DNA of 64,000 nucleotides from Raillietiella orientalis (lineage: Eukaryota): NCBI GenBank assembly GCA_036172245.1, contig JAYWIR010000010.1:1674001-1738000 (forward strand). Direction: 5' to 3'. Below are positions 24,501 to 36,836 of this stretch, piece after piece; within the stretch, counting starts at the first letter, position 1; every line of letters begins with the position of its first letter. The notes under the pieces are model-generated. The model worked only from the letters and a program-made list of their open reading frames with translations. It searched no databases and had not been told where the DNA came from. The position numbers were made by a program, and so were the translations under genes.

Positions 24501-25899
24501 CGTTCGGATGCACAACCATCCGGAAAATCGCTCCCAGGAAACGCATAGAGAAAACTTCTAGGTAGAGATGGAGCATATGTGAGACAGCTTACTAAATGAT
24601 GAGCATCAGATGATTCACTTTCTCATCTCCTTCGAGCGTTAATGTATTTTTTTTTTTCTCTGTTTTCCTTTCCCTGTGCCTGTCAATATGATTGACTAAG
24701 CCACGAGATTGCTTGAATTACAAGAGCATATGTAATCATCATTCCTGGTTCCTTTCCATACATGTTTTCGTGTCTATGGAAACAGCCAGTGTTTCAAGCA
24801 CTTATAATTAGCATCACGGAATCCCTTTATGTATGTTTTCTGATTAAGATTTTCCTCAAAATCTCATCCTGCTTCTTAGAATAATGCATCAACCCCCTTC
24901 TCTCCAGCGAATTTCTGTAAGCGTAGCGTAAAATTCCTGCTGTTTAGATCATGGTACGTGACACACGTAATCATGCGCTCCACAACTTGCGAGATGTTTC
25001 CCCTCGTGGTCCGAACAATCACAAGCGAAGATGCCCTTTTGAAGAATCCTATTCCTCCTCTTTTCTCATTCTGGGAGGAAAGATTTAGGGGGAAGATTGC
25101 CAACTGCTCTCGCTTACCTTGGAAGGAGCGTCATTTTCCTAACTGTTGAGTGCGTTCAAGTGTTCGGCTGAAAAGGCACTCTTAATGAGCGAGCCGTGAT
25201 CCTGATGCCGATTTCCTCGAGGTGCAGATGCTACTGACTGTCAGTTTCCGTCGACTGGAGATGATTCTCGTGAGAGCGTTTCACTTCAGATGCAGGCTGC
25301 TATGCAGAGTTGGGAAATCACATTATCCCGTGACGAAACCGAGTTTCGAAAGCCACTGATGTAACGCGACGAATTTGGGTGGTCCTCCTCTTCACACCTC
25401 TAGGGCGTTCGACTTTGGGTTCTTCCGGAAAAGAGGATCAGTTCCGTTTATTCCCGTGTGCGTAGCTCATGCCCACCTCCCAGGAATCAGATGAAATTAC
25501 GTCACGCACGACAGGAGAAAACAGAAAACCCTTCGAATTTCTTTTGTTGCTGTTGCCAGTCCAACGAGAGGATCAAATTTCCGTTGCTTTTTTTTTTTTT
25601 TCTTCTGAAAAAACACCATGTGTTCAGGGAAGACAAGATGCAGCACCAGTTTTCTGGATTTGTGTCCCATTTCGAAATGCAACTGCTGATTCCTTCTCCC
25701 CTGATTTTCTATTAGAGCCATCTCTCGAATCCTTAACAGAATTGCCTTGGGTTTGAAGCAGTCCCTCAGAATATTTTGGCGAAAACATCGAAAACCCCTC
25801 AGTTTCTGGAAGTTCAGTTCCAGAGTTCCTGGAATGTCGACATAGCTTGCTCTGACCTGACATCTATGAAGAGTTTTTCGCACTTCTGGAAAACGGAGT

Positions 25900-27300
25900 G
25901 TACCGCCGCAAGCATCGAGTCCGTCTGCTCCTCGATTCCTTTCTTTCTTCCTGTTTTTTTTCCTACACATTTTCAGGAATAAAAGGAGACGATTATCGTA
26001 TGTGGTGCTGTAATCTTCTCTGGATTCTCTGCAGCTTCTTTCCCCACAGGCACGAAACCAGGAATTTGAGCTCCCGGGTATTCAGTAAAGTGAACCACCG
26101 TCAAGTTCCTCTGAGGTGCTCGAACCATTAGGCTGGGGGGCTGACTCAGTATCTGTAGCTGCTATCGATCGACACGCGTCTCCATGCACGGACTGGTTAT
26201 GGCGGGAACAGGTGGAGTCCTTCCCAATATCCCTCCTGGGTGCACACATTCTTTCCTATTATTATTCTCAGAAAGATTGCGAGCGACGGAACGCATCCTC
26301 GCTTGATGCCATAGTTGTTGGAAAAAGACGCAATTGATGCAGAGGGAACCATGGACCGAACCAAATCTTCTCAGCATGCTGATCAGGACATTCACCACTT
26401 CCTAACATCTAGTTTGCTGTTCTGCACTCTGTCCACTCTCCAGATAAGCGTGGTAATCGACTCCGATACCCCATAAGCCAGAAGACAGCTGATCTTCAAC
26501 CTCAAAACCGAAAGCAGTGCTTGCATAGCTTCCGCTGCTACTAGCGTCATCGCTGACGATGATCAAAAACAGTGAAACTGTGTACGTAGCAAGTCTTTAA
26601 AGGAAAGAGAAGCAGCACTTTCTCTGTTGTCCTTTGGCAGCATCCTACCAAGCAGAGTGGCTCTCAGAGATTCGTTGGATTGCAGGCGAAAGAAAAGCAA
26701 GGCAGTTTCCCGACCGGGTCCATGCAGATTGGTTCGACAACAACAGGCACAACCTGAAATATGAAATCTTCTTTTGTACCACGGAAAAGGAACGGATCAC
26801 TTCGTTTTGCTATGAATTATCTTTCAAGGAGACCTCCACTTTCCTTCCAGACGAAGAACTTGTTGACGAACTTACTGGACGAATGACCTCCAGTTCGTTA
26901 TTGCTGAAATTTTCGATGCGGTCAAGTATCCAAGTCTGCACGAAGTGGAGCTTATTCCGAAATTCTAGCCCAGCGTCCGCACTTCCTGTGGCACCGAGGA
27001 CCTAGTTATCAGGGAGCATTTTGCCCTAACTAGGAATTTCCCTCCATAGTTCCTTCATACATTTCCATGTCGTTGCCCACAGCAAGGACCTGTCTTTCTG
27101 TATACAGCAGTGGAAGCTCAAGAGTTACTTTTTGGTTTTTCTGCAACAGTTGATTCCTCTACCCTTTTTCAGCCTAGAGAGAATACCAGCGTTTCAGCTT
27201 GCCTCATTGCGGGAGACGCTCTCCTGCAACCTATCAAGGAAACGAACATGGAAGACGAGACTAGTTCTCTCTGAGAATTTCCCAAGACTTCTTGAAAAGC
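25900..27300 (-). mobile_element. Degenerate CR1/L2/jockey-like LINE RT relic
   Basis: GATGSAD, VVPVV...KLPCFSF...NL.E, LLAYGV, FGSVHGSL (GVPQGS-like). Confidence 0.35.
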
Positions 27301-28234
27301 TGAGTTTCTTTAAGGGCTCTGCAACGAAATCAAAAGTAACTGGTTAACGGCAGTTTGATCACTGACTGGAGTTCTTCTTCATTAGGAAGCTGTTTCCTTC
27401 CTGTTCAAGAGCAGCAGACAAAACCAGAGCATGCTCACCATTCGGATTTGACTAGCAGAACTCATCCTTCCACTACCCTTCGTAATCCAATAAGTTTGTG
27501 TCTCTAAAAATCTTTGAGTTACCGAATGCCGTTCTAGAACCAGTCTTCACTTTAAAGAAAAAAACAACAAAAACGGAGGTCTTCCACTCTCCCTCTCTCA
27601 CCTCTGCAATAAACAGGGCCCCTTCGCTTTGCAGAGTGTAAAGAACTCCTTTCTTCGGAAACCAAGCTCTCTCTGCTGTAATCCCATCCTCCCTTTCTCA
27701 TGCTTTGCAGATCCTGTCTTTTTAGCAAACTGAAAGAACCCAGCAGCCGATGCATTCAAGCTACAAAGAATTCTCTTCAGAAACTGTGGTCTTGATCAGT
27801 GTCTTCAACAAGCCTTGGAGTTTCGGGAAGTTCAGTGGGAACGAAGGGTGCTAAAGGAATCCATGCTGGAAGGAAGGATGGACTCCTAGGAGGATCCTTT
27901 TCCTCGAAGTCCATAATGTACACTTTCAGCAATGCGGTACACCCAGACTCGGATACGCAGAAAGGTTGCTCGTGGACGATCACCGGCTGAAGAAAGATGA
28001 ACAGTTGATGGGAGTGAGGCAGTAGAGAGATCCGAAATTCGAATCGGGGAGGATCAGGTTGACCTTGAGAATTTTTGTTCGGAGATCTTCAAGAATGCAC
28101 CCAAAGATGGGGAAGACAAAAAAAAGTCACCGTCTGCTGTTCTCTGACAACCAGATTCGTACTGATACGCTCTTTCTGCAAACAGGAGTTACCCAATAAT
28201 AAGTGAGTCACGTTGCAGACAGCATGTGTTGCCA

Positions 28235-28662
28235 AGGCTTGCGCTGTCGTGAGGGAGAAGAACAATCCATGACCTCAGCATTCCACGTCGTCGGCTCTGC
28301 TGGATGGCACGCCGCAGTTTCAAAAGCGTTTCGCAGTGGACTTGCGAAGTGGTGGTTGTTCCAGGCTCCCATGAAATCCACCAAAAGCACACCCTTTTGG
28401 TCCCGCGCACTGCTGCCCGCACATTTCAGACAATTCCGAATTCAAACGGGAACTTTTGGATCACCCACCTTACAGTCCTACCCAGTGACAACCACGTCCC
28501 ATCCTTCCTGCAGCTCCAGGAGTGGCTCAACGATTCGAGGGGGAAAGTGAGGAGTTGTGCAGTGCTGTTAAACTGCATGAACTCCCAGGCGGCAGAATTC
28601 CATGCAGACGGTTCTTCTATGGTATCAAAAGTGTTTGGAAAAAAATGGCGACTACGCAGAAT
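28235..28662. mobile_element. Mariner (Tc1/mariner) transposase relic, split between strands
   Basis: Minus 28410-28235: DQKGVLLVDFM-EPGTTTTSQVHCETLLKLRRAIQQ.RRGMLRSWIVLLPHDSA. Plus 28408-28662: TAART..FKRELLDHPPYSP..SDNH..FLQLQEWL..QRFE..EEL...NSQAAEFHADG..WYQKCLEKNGDYAE. Confidence 0.88.
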
Positions 28663-29149
28663 GCCGATGGGGGACTTGGGATGTGCGATGCGATGTGTTG
28701 GAAGTGTGTTGGAACTTTTGTTTCTCCTATTTGTTCTTTCTTTCCATCCGAACGATCCTTTTGAAATGTGCCCTGTATTCACAAATGTATTCTTTCCATC
28801 GCCTTTTTTTCTTAAAAAAGCAAAAAAAAAACTGATGTTCTGAGCGCTCAGAGTTCTGAAGGATGCAGCGCTCATGTTTTCCTTAGCCTACAAAGAGAAT
28901 ATCAAAGATGGCATCAACTATTTGCAAAGGCGACCTTTTTTGTTCGCCACCTCCTTACCTCTCAAGCAGTCGTTCAAGAAGTTGCAAAGCGCCTGCATTG
29001 CTTATCTGCCAGAATTTCCCGAAGACGAATCCCCTCCCTTTGAGCACTCAGGAGATGACTTCATGTGAAGACCTTGCCGGAAGCCTCTCAGGAAGGAGGC
29101 TCGGCCGTGGTCACGGCGAAAGAAAATCACGCAGGTCCTTCCAAAGTCT

Positions 29150-29900
29150 TCTGGGGTCACGCGTACAACCAACGGAACGAGTTCCGGGGATGGTGAGCTG
29201 CATTTCCTGTCTCCTTTGTTTTCCCACGGTGTCACTCTGCGTGATCTCGGTTCATCGAGAGGAGGCCCATTTATGTTTCGGGTTGCAATCACTACAAAAA
29301 GGAAGAGGAAATGGCAATGAACTAGCCATGGTACGGAAACGCGCTTTCGCTGATGGCAGGTCCTCTCTCATTGACAAATGGAGGCTGAGACGGTACGTGA
29401 ATTGCTCTCCTTTGCTAGGTTTCTTCCTGTGGCCTATCAGCCACGCCCCTCAGATAGTTAAGTGAGATTGCGTTTAGCGACATCTGCGGAATTTTCGCAA
29501 ACCTTTCTGATAGGAAGCCGGAGTGAGCGGAATCTGGATCGTCACGTGTTTCTCATCCCCTGCGAAGCCACTGTGCTCTTCCTGGCACCTGGAAACGTCG
29601 GCAGCGAGCTGTCTACGGAAAGCTTTCCTCCCGCAGCCCACCATATCACGGTGGGTGGTTGCGAGTGGACATGGGACACTCATTCTCACAGAAGAACGGA
29701 CCCCTGCACTCTTCTTTCACAGGAACGAGAACAGTCAGGAAATGCTTCTATTTCCGACGCCCTCTGGGTGCATCCGCACGCATCCCTTGCGAAGAATGCA
29801 GACCTTTGTAGAGCGTTTGAGGTTCAGAACCATCCGGAGATTCAGTTTCCCTGGATTTGTGATCTTGCACTTTACCTGACAGCTTCGTCTGCACCCGAAA
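29150..29900 (+). mobile_element. Degenerate BEL/Pao integrase relic
   Basis: HREEAH, IWIVTCF..WHLE / ELSTESF, SGHGTL (SDNGTNF-like), TFVERL..TIRR (GFWERLV..IKR-like). Confidence 0.5.
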
Positions 29901-30169
29901 CCATTAGGAACTAACTGATGCGTTCCCAAACACGAGACCATGTCGAGAACACGTAGAGCTCTGCCACCGTTTCAAACAGGTCACTCTGCGACGTTCATAC
30001 ATAATACATAAATAAGCAGCCGATGATTGAAATGCAGTCAAGGCTTATGCCGGCTCGAATGCCATGCTGATGCAAGGATGAAAAACGAAGATGAAAAATG
30101 GGCGCAGCAAGCGGAGGAAGAGGAGAGAGAACAAAATAAATAGAAGACGAAAAATCCCGCGTCGGCGGA

Positions 30170-30838
30170 CATGTGGCTGAGGTCTCCGCGAGTGGTACCA
30201 AGCAGACTCGAATCCCACCCGGGGAAGAATCGACGCCGAGAACGGAGGGAATGGGTATGTCGTGAGTTTCAAGTACTTCTCTCAAGATGACGCTGGGTGC
30301 AGCACTGGTGAAAGCCGGATGCCCCCGTTGACTGGCCGGCATTAGGAGATGACCCTCCAGGGTCCTTCCAGGAATCGAACCTTTACGAACCCTCTGATTG
30401 TGGAAGTGGAGCCGTCCCTCAACTTCAGGGAAAATCCCCCATCTCTTGGATCGACACCTCTACAGAGTGTGAAGAAGCGCGCTGCTCCCTTCCGGGAGAA
30501 ATCTGGACTCCAGAAAAATTTGGTAGCGTCCTTCCGGAGTTCTCTTCAGAGGAGTAACAATGAGCGGTTCTTTTGTGGGTTCCCTTCGAAGAAGAAATGA
30601 GGAGTGGCCTCCCCTCCAGGAGGCTCCCCTGGAAGAGAATAAGGGAGAGGTTTCCTTCGGAGTTCCCTTCGGAGACAACCAGGGAGAGGGTTCCCTTCGG
30701 GATTCCTTACCAAGAGTAAGAGGAACGGACTCCTTCTTCTGGAGCCTTCTTGGGTCCATAGAGTGGGTCCCTCCGAGCTGACTCCCAGCCCTTGAAGAGT
30801 TATTCATACCCTCGGGTGTAGTGGAATAGCGTCAAATA
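30170..30838 (+). mobile_element. tRNA-headed SINE-like element, copy 2
   Basis: Shares tgtggctg.ggtctccgcg.gtggt, tcgaatccc...ggggaag.atcgacgccg, aagccggatgccc, ttccaggaatc, ggatcga.acctct.cagagtgtga, caaccagg, ccttcggga and agtg.a.t.gcg.caaat with copy 1; an A-run follows at ~30889. Confidence 0.75.
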
Positions 30839-31799
30839 GCTTCGTGAGTCTCCCTTCCTAAGAGGTGAACGGTTCTTCAGCACTTGGCAAAAAAAAAAAA
30901 AAAAAAAACAGAAAGAAAACCTAAAAAGAAAAACGCTGGAAAGAAAACAGCGAAAGCAGAAGTGCTTAAAAGGATTGCCATCATCCGAGTAGAACTGCCT
31001 GAGGGTCGGATTCGTTCTTTTCCAAAACGAGAAAGAGCGAATCACTGCAGCAGGGGTTTGAAATCGGTCGTTCCGGCTCCCCTCGAAGGATCTGAAAAAC
31101 CGCTTGCTATCCAGAAAGGCCTCGCGGCTATACGACAGCAGCTGGATGTCACGTTTCGGCTGCAGACAGGTTGGAAGGATGAAGGAATTCTATCCGCGGA
31201 GTGGCAGCATTCCAAGGCGGCCATCTTTTTCAGAGCACGCATCACACCTCGAGTGACTCTGGAGAACCAAGGTTATCAAGGGGGAGAGACCAAAACTGGC
31301 ACTCATTCTAAACCATGGGCTTCTAGCCTGCTCTGAGGACAAGGGGGGAGAACTCGAACGGAAGTTCAGAGTCAGAATAGGTGCCAGATTCTTGCACGAG
31401 AGCTCTCTTTTCCACAGCTTTGCTCACTTCCAAAGAGTTGGTATACATCAGAAGACAACAGACAAACTGGTTTCTGACAGAGCCCTAACAAATGCGTTCC
31501 AGTGATCATTCTCCTTGAACTTTGTTATTGTTGCTGCTGCTGTTGTTGTTATGTGCCTGACCTCAGTCCCCTGATTCGTAGTTTATTTATTTTCAAATGA
31601 GTGCTCCGGGTACAGATGAAATTACATACACTGTAGTTACCAATTCGAACGGAAAGGGATGAGCAATCCGAGAGAGTTCGTGAAAGAACCATTGTGATCG
31701 CTGAATACACGAAAGGAAGAATCCTTTAAGATAAGGTGAACCCCTGAGAAAAGATGATTCTTGATGACAGATCGCCGAATGAGAAAGCCATCTTCGAGG

Positions 31800-33200
31800 G
31801 AGGAAGCGGTGCAATGGCACACGCTCTTCTGCCGATTCTAAGGAGCCACAAACCATTTTCAGTGCCGCTAGCATGGGAAGATGGGATTCCGCGACGGACC
31901 CGGAGTCAGGATGCCGTTTCTGCCAAAAAGCCCTTCGGGGAAGGGAGGTGGCGAACAGAAGGGTGGTGTCTGGAAGCTGCTCCGGAAAGCGCCGCGCTTT
32001 TCGGAGCTTCTTCAGACCTGGGGTTTTCCCTGCTGAGAAAAGTCATCATCACCGGAATTCGGCACGGATGCGGACTTTCTGGATCCGGAAAATCTACCCG
32101 ATCCTGCAATTTCGATCTCGGGCCCTGATCCAATACCTAGGAGCATCCTCCCTCCTAAAGAGATATAGGGCCCTCCCGCCAACTTGGAAAACTCCACGAA
32201 GGAAATCCTGCTACCTCATCTTTTCCCCGTTACAGAGGATTCTCTGGGAGCAACCAATCGAAAGAGGCATGCAGCATCCTCTGAGGACAATTGGGAAGGT
32301 TTCAGAATATTCCGAGATTGGTCTTCCCTGATAGCCCTTTCCTATGCCCTCGAGGGTGCACATCTCAACGGAATAGAAACCTCGACGGGCTTTTTATTCA
32401 CTCCGCTCCCTCAACGAACCCAAACGCTCCAGCTTCACGCTGCTGTCCTTCCCGGGAAGGTCTCTTTCTCAGGATGGTTCCTTTTTCAAGTGCTCCCGTC
32501 AATCTTCCAGATAGAAAGAGTCTCCAAGGCTTCAAGTACTCCTGACCGGTTGATGCCTTATCCCGAACCTCTGTCCAAATTTCCCCAGCACATCCTTCCA
32601 CCCGTTTCAAAAGCGAGAAAGCATTGTCGCTTGCTAGTCCTTCTCATTGCAGAGTTTCCTGCTCACTGATCCCGATTCCATTGAAGAAGTTTTCTCCTTC
32701 CCTAATGTCCCTCTTCTTTAGCCGCCAATGCTTGCCACCCCTGCTGGACCAAGTGCCTCTTCCCTCTGTCATCGAGTCGATGGCACAGCCACGCGCCGCT
32801 ATCCACCAATATCCTCCAACATGCCAGACATCTTTTGGTTTCGGTAAACGTCTCCATGGCCTCCGTCCTCGCAGAGCGCATGCGCTCTTCCGATGCGGAA
32901 TGACGGGCATCATCCAGGTGCGCTACGCTTGACTCCCTGGTAGCTGCAGCAAGATTTCTGCTTCCTGGACGAGGAACGCTTCCGCCTACCTCGCCGGGAT
33001 TCGCTATGCAAGTAGGGGGTAGGCCCAGCGCCCACGACTCTGGCGCCGAGCACCGCCGTGGGATGAACCCTTATCTTCTTTCGTGTTGTCTTCATTTTCC
33101 CTCTCTCTTCCACGTGCTGCTATCGGCATTCCCTAGAAGGAGGCCGAGAACGGGAAAAATGGGAAAGGGAAAAAGCTAGATCCTTAGAATCAGGGAGAAG
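31800..33200 (-). mobile_element. Degenerate L1/Tx1-like LINE RT and thumb relic
   Basis: SVAHLDD (YADD-like), EAMETF, FNGIGI..DNAFSLLKRVE..W..VR..STG (YLGI..NW..L.KVE..W..R.LS..G-like). Confidence 0.4.
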
Positions 33201-36200
33201 GGTATTCGTGCGGAACCGACGCGGTGCAGAAGAAGCGGAAAAGAGTTTGTCTCCTCCCGGAGCTGCGGAGAAAAGGGAGCCACAGATATGACGCAGAACC
33301 GATGAAGTCCCAGGATTCAAAGGTTGATCCAGTGTGGAGACTAGTGGAGCTCGCGAAATGGAAGTCAGAAAATGGATTTCTGGATGTCGGCGTTCGGAAA
33401 TCCACTTTTGGTCACAGATTTCCTGACGTGGAAAGAAAGAGGAAAAGTAAAGGAGAAATTTCTCTAATTCTCTTCCGGATTACATCATCATCATCGTCCC
33501 TGTCCACACTTTTGCCTCTATTTCTTCATGATTCCCACAGCTATTTAGCGCTTGAGCTCCTTCAACGACCATGGAGAGGAGAGGAGGGAAAAAAGAAGAG
33601 TTTGCTCCTTCTGTCTGAGCTTCTCCAGGGTCTTTCTGGATGCAGAAAGACCCCGGAGGAGAAATTCCTCATTCCAATTCTTTAAACTTTCCGGCACTTT
33701 CCATAGGGGTTCCAAATAGGAGTGGGAGAAAAGCAGCAGTAAATTCGGTTGGTCCTTACAGTAAAAGGAGAAGGAGAATAGCTTTCCAGGCTGGAAACTT
33801 CCTCCGCTGGAAGAGTTTCGCGTTATCAAGATCTACTCTACAGGAGAGACAGCTTCAGGAGAGCAAGTCTGCACTGCTCCAAGAATGTCTGCCTGGATCC
33901 CTCGCTCCCACTGGGTGAGTGTGCACCTCGTCCGAGTTGGTTCATGCCATGCACTGGGGAACGGCGCAGCGTTTGTGGATTCGCGGTTACCACGCTACTC
34001 CTCAACCTCCTCTGTGAAGGATTTGCTGGACTGAGTCCTCACCCTGATCTCGAGGGAAGTTGTGAGATCTCCGCCTCATGAACCCGGACCGATTTCGAAA
34101 CTTCCGTGTGGCAAGCCCAGCTAGTGGTACGCTGGGTCCTTCCATTTGCTTGAGCATTGACGGCGGAGTGAATTCCCTATCCCATCGCTAGAACTGGTCT
34201 CGTCTTCTCTATCTCAATTGCGTCCTGCGTCCCATGTTAGTGCCACCTATAGAGGATTGTATGCAAGAAATTCTTTGAAAATGGGGACTGTTCCATCATC
34301 CTAATGAGACTCCCTCTCGATGGATAGCCTCCTTTTCTCTTGTTTCTTTTCCTCCCTCTTGTTCTTGTTCTTGTTTCCTGGAGTGAAAAGAAAGAGTTGA
34401 AAGAGGGACGGTTTTCTCTGGTTCTCTTCCTGATCTCCTCAGCAGGAAGAAGGTTCCTGGCATCTGCCTCGGTTCTATTCTGGACTCGTGATCTGTATTC
34501 TCAGCTGGATAGGAATATCCTACCGAGAAAGTCGTGCAAGATGAAGAATCAAGGAAGCAGATGGTTGAGTGGAGGCACATAGAAACACGCCTGTCCATCC
34601 AGCGCTTTTCGTCGAAGGAGCTCTTGAGTTGCTTCAAACTCTGCATCCAACGTACAATATTGGCAGCATTAAGAAATCCGAGGTGATCGGTCGATATGCA
34701 AACTGCTCAAAGGGCCCTTTCCTTCTTCTCTCTCTGCTTGCGAGCTGTCAGTTTCTGTGCTCTCCAGCGCACCCTCTCGCATGCCATTGAATTCAAAGAC
34801 ATCCGTGCTAGTGTGCTTGTACCATCCGGAACAGAATAATGTTCAGGAGTGTGTGCGTGCAGATGAGTACGCTCGAGACGTGCGCCCTTGCGTGCTTCGA
34901 GTGAGCTCCAAAGACGCCTCCGGGGTAGCCCTACTTCAGGCCGTTGTGACCGACGAGTCGACCCTTCGGATACGCAGCCAATGTCTCAGATGAGTCCTCT
35001 TCCACTCCTCCTCGAGAGAACTGCTTTTCTATAGGACGGCTGCTCATGCAACTTGCAGGAAGCACCACTTCCTCCTCCACCATGCGGACGCCACTCTGGA
35101 AGGTTCTCAAGGACGAACGAACGGGGAGGGCCACTCCCATTGTTCAGATTCAGCTGGTGAGTCCAAGTCGATCCTTGCTAACGGGATGTCGTCTCATAAG
35201 CCTAAGAAGAGGAAAAATCAATTCAAAGATATCGCGGCAGTGCTTTACAAAGTCTCCCTCCCCTTTGCACTTTTCTTGAACTGGACCTCCTTCGAATTGA
35301 ACACGAGGGGTCGCTTATTCCATTTCCCTCCAGAAGCATCCGCCTTGAAAGTTTATTTTTTTTTCATCTCATCTCATCCTTCCTCCCTCCCTCTCTCCTT
35401 CCATTTTTTCCTTTCTTCTTTCCTTCCTTGCTCCCCCTCTCTTCTTTCTCCTCCTCCTCCTCACTGTCATCTTCGTGTCTGTCGTCGAAGAGTGTCTCCT
35501 CTGTTTAGCAGAAGAGTCCGTCTTTATCTTCCAGTGCGTTTTGCTGGAGTGTCTTCCTTGGTCCAGTGTCAGGATCGCGAGAAAGTGACGCCCTTTTTTG
35601 ACCTTAAAAAGGAGTCTAAAGTTTGGATTTCCCCCTTTCACGATTGTGCTTCGCCCTGCTCCTTCCAAGATGAGACGAGATTCTGGGAGAGTCTGAGAAA
35701 GAGAAGCTGCCTTTAAGGGATCGGAGCGACCTCTTCGGCAGAGCGGTAGGTGGGGAGGCGGCTGTCCGTAGGCCAGGGTTACTCCCTCTACAAACTCATT
35801 CGCGTAAAAAGGCTGGATCTAGGGAATCGAGCGTCAGCTTATACTAGTAAGAAAAAATCAGGGATGGGAGGAAGGGTGAAGGAGGAGGATGTCTAACGGT
35901 TGCGTGGCAAAACCAGCAATTCGTGCAAACGCGTTCTCTTGGCGACGGAGCAAACTAGAAGAGAACCAACCAGTGACTCGCAGCCAAAGCAATCGAAGTC
36001 ACCACAGTAGAGATGGTCATTCTCCCAGGAGAGAGGAAAAGGAGGGGGAGAAAGACGGTCAATCGCTCTCCTGTAAGATGCTCATCCTCTGGACTTTTTC
36101 CTATGATGAATCTTTGCGAGCAAGTTTTCTCTTTCGCCTTTGCACCTCGGAAGGAACGCCGCCGAAGCGCAACTGTGGCGCTCTCTTTCCAGGGACCTGG

Positions 36201-36836
36201 TAAATCGTGAGATGTCTCGAGGAGCCCTTTCCACCTCGAGGTTGGATAGGAGGACCGCCTGAAGAATTGGGTGACCAAAGACTCTTCTCTGCCCTCTCTC
36301 CTCTTATCCCCTTCAGGCACCTATGGGAAAAATGGAGGTCGCTTCGGGTGGCCCCAGGCTACGCAAGGGGTTCATCTCTCCTCTTTAGGAGGTCCACTTC
36401 TGACCTCCCAAAGCAGCGATAGGGTGTCATTCCTTCGGATCCCTCTGCCTCTGGACAGTCCCGCGGGTTTACCCGGTCGGCGGAGGCTTGGGAACGGGGC
36501 GGATGCCGAGAGGATTCCGGAGCGCGTGCCGCCCTTCCCTGCCTCCCCACCCACCCCTTCTGACTTCTCCCCCGTCCCTTCTCCTTTCCACCCTCAGCAG
36601 TGTCGGAAGGCCGAGTGGGTGGAGATCCCACGGAAGGAGCCGCCCCCATGGAGGTCGACTCCTTCCCCTCCTCCCGCTAGCGCAGAGACCCTCACGCAGG
36701 CGTCGTCAGAGCTCCTCAGATTTGCGGGTGCTCCCTCCTCTTTCTCGCTCCCCTCTCTTCCCCGTTCTACTCCCTCCCCCTAGTCGCCGCCGTCTCCTTC
36801 CCTGCTGCACGGCTTTTGGGCGTCGGAAATCTTCCG

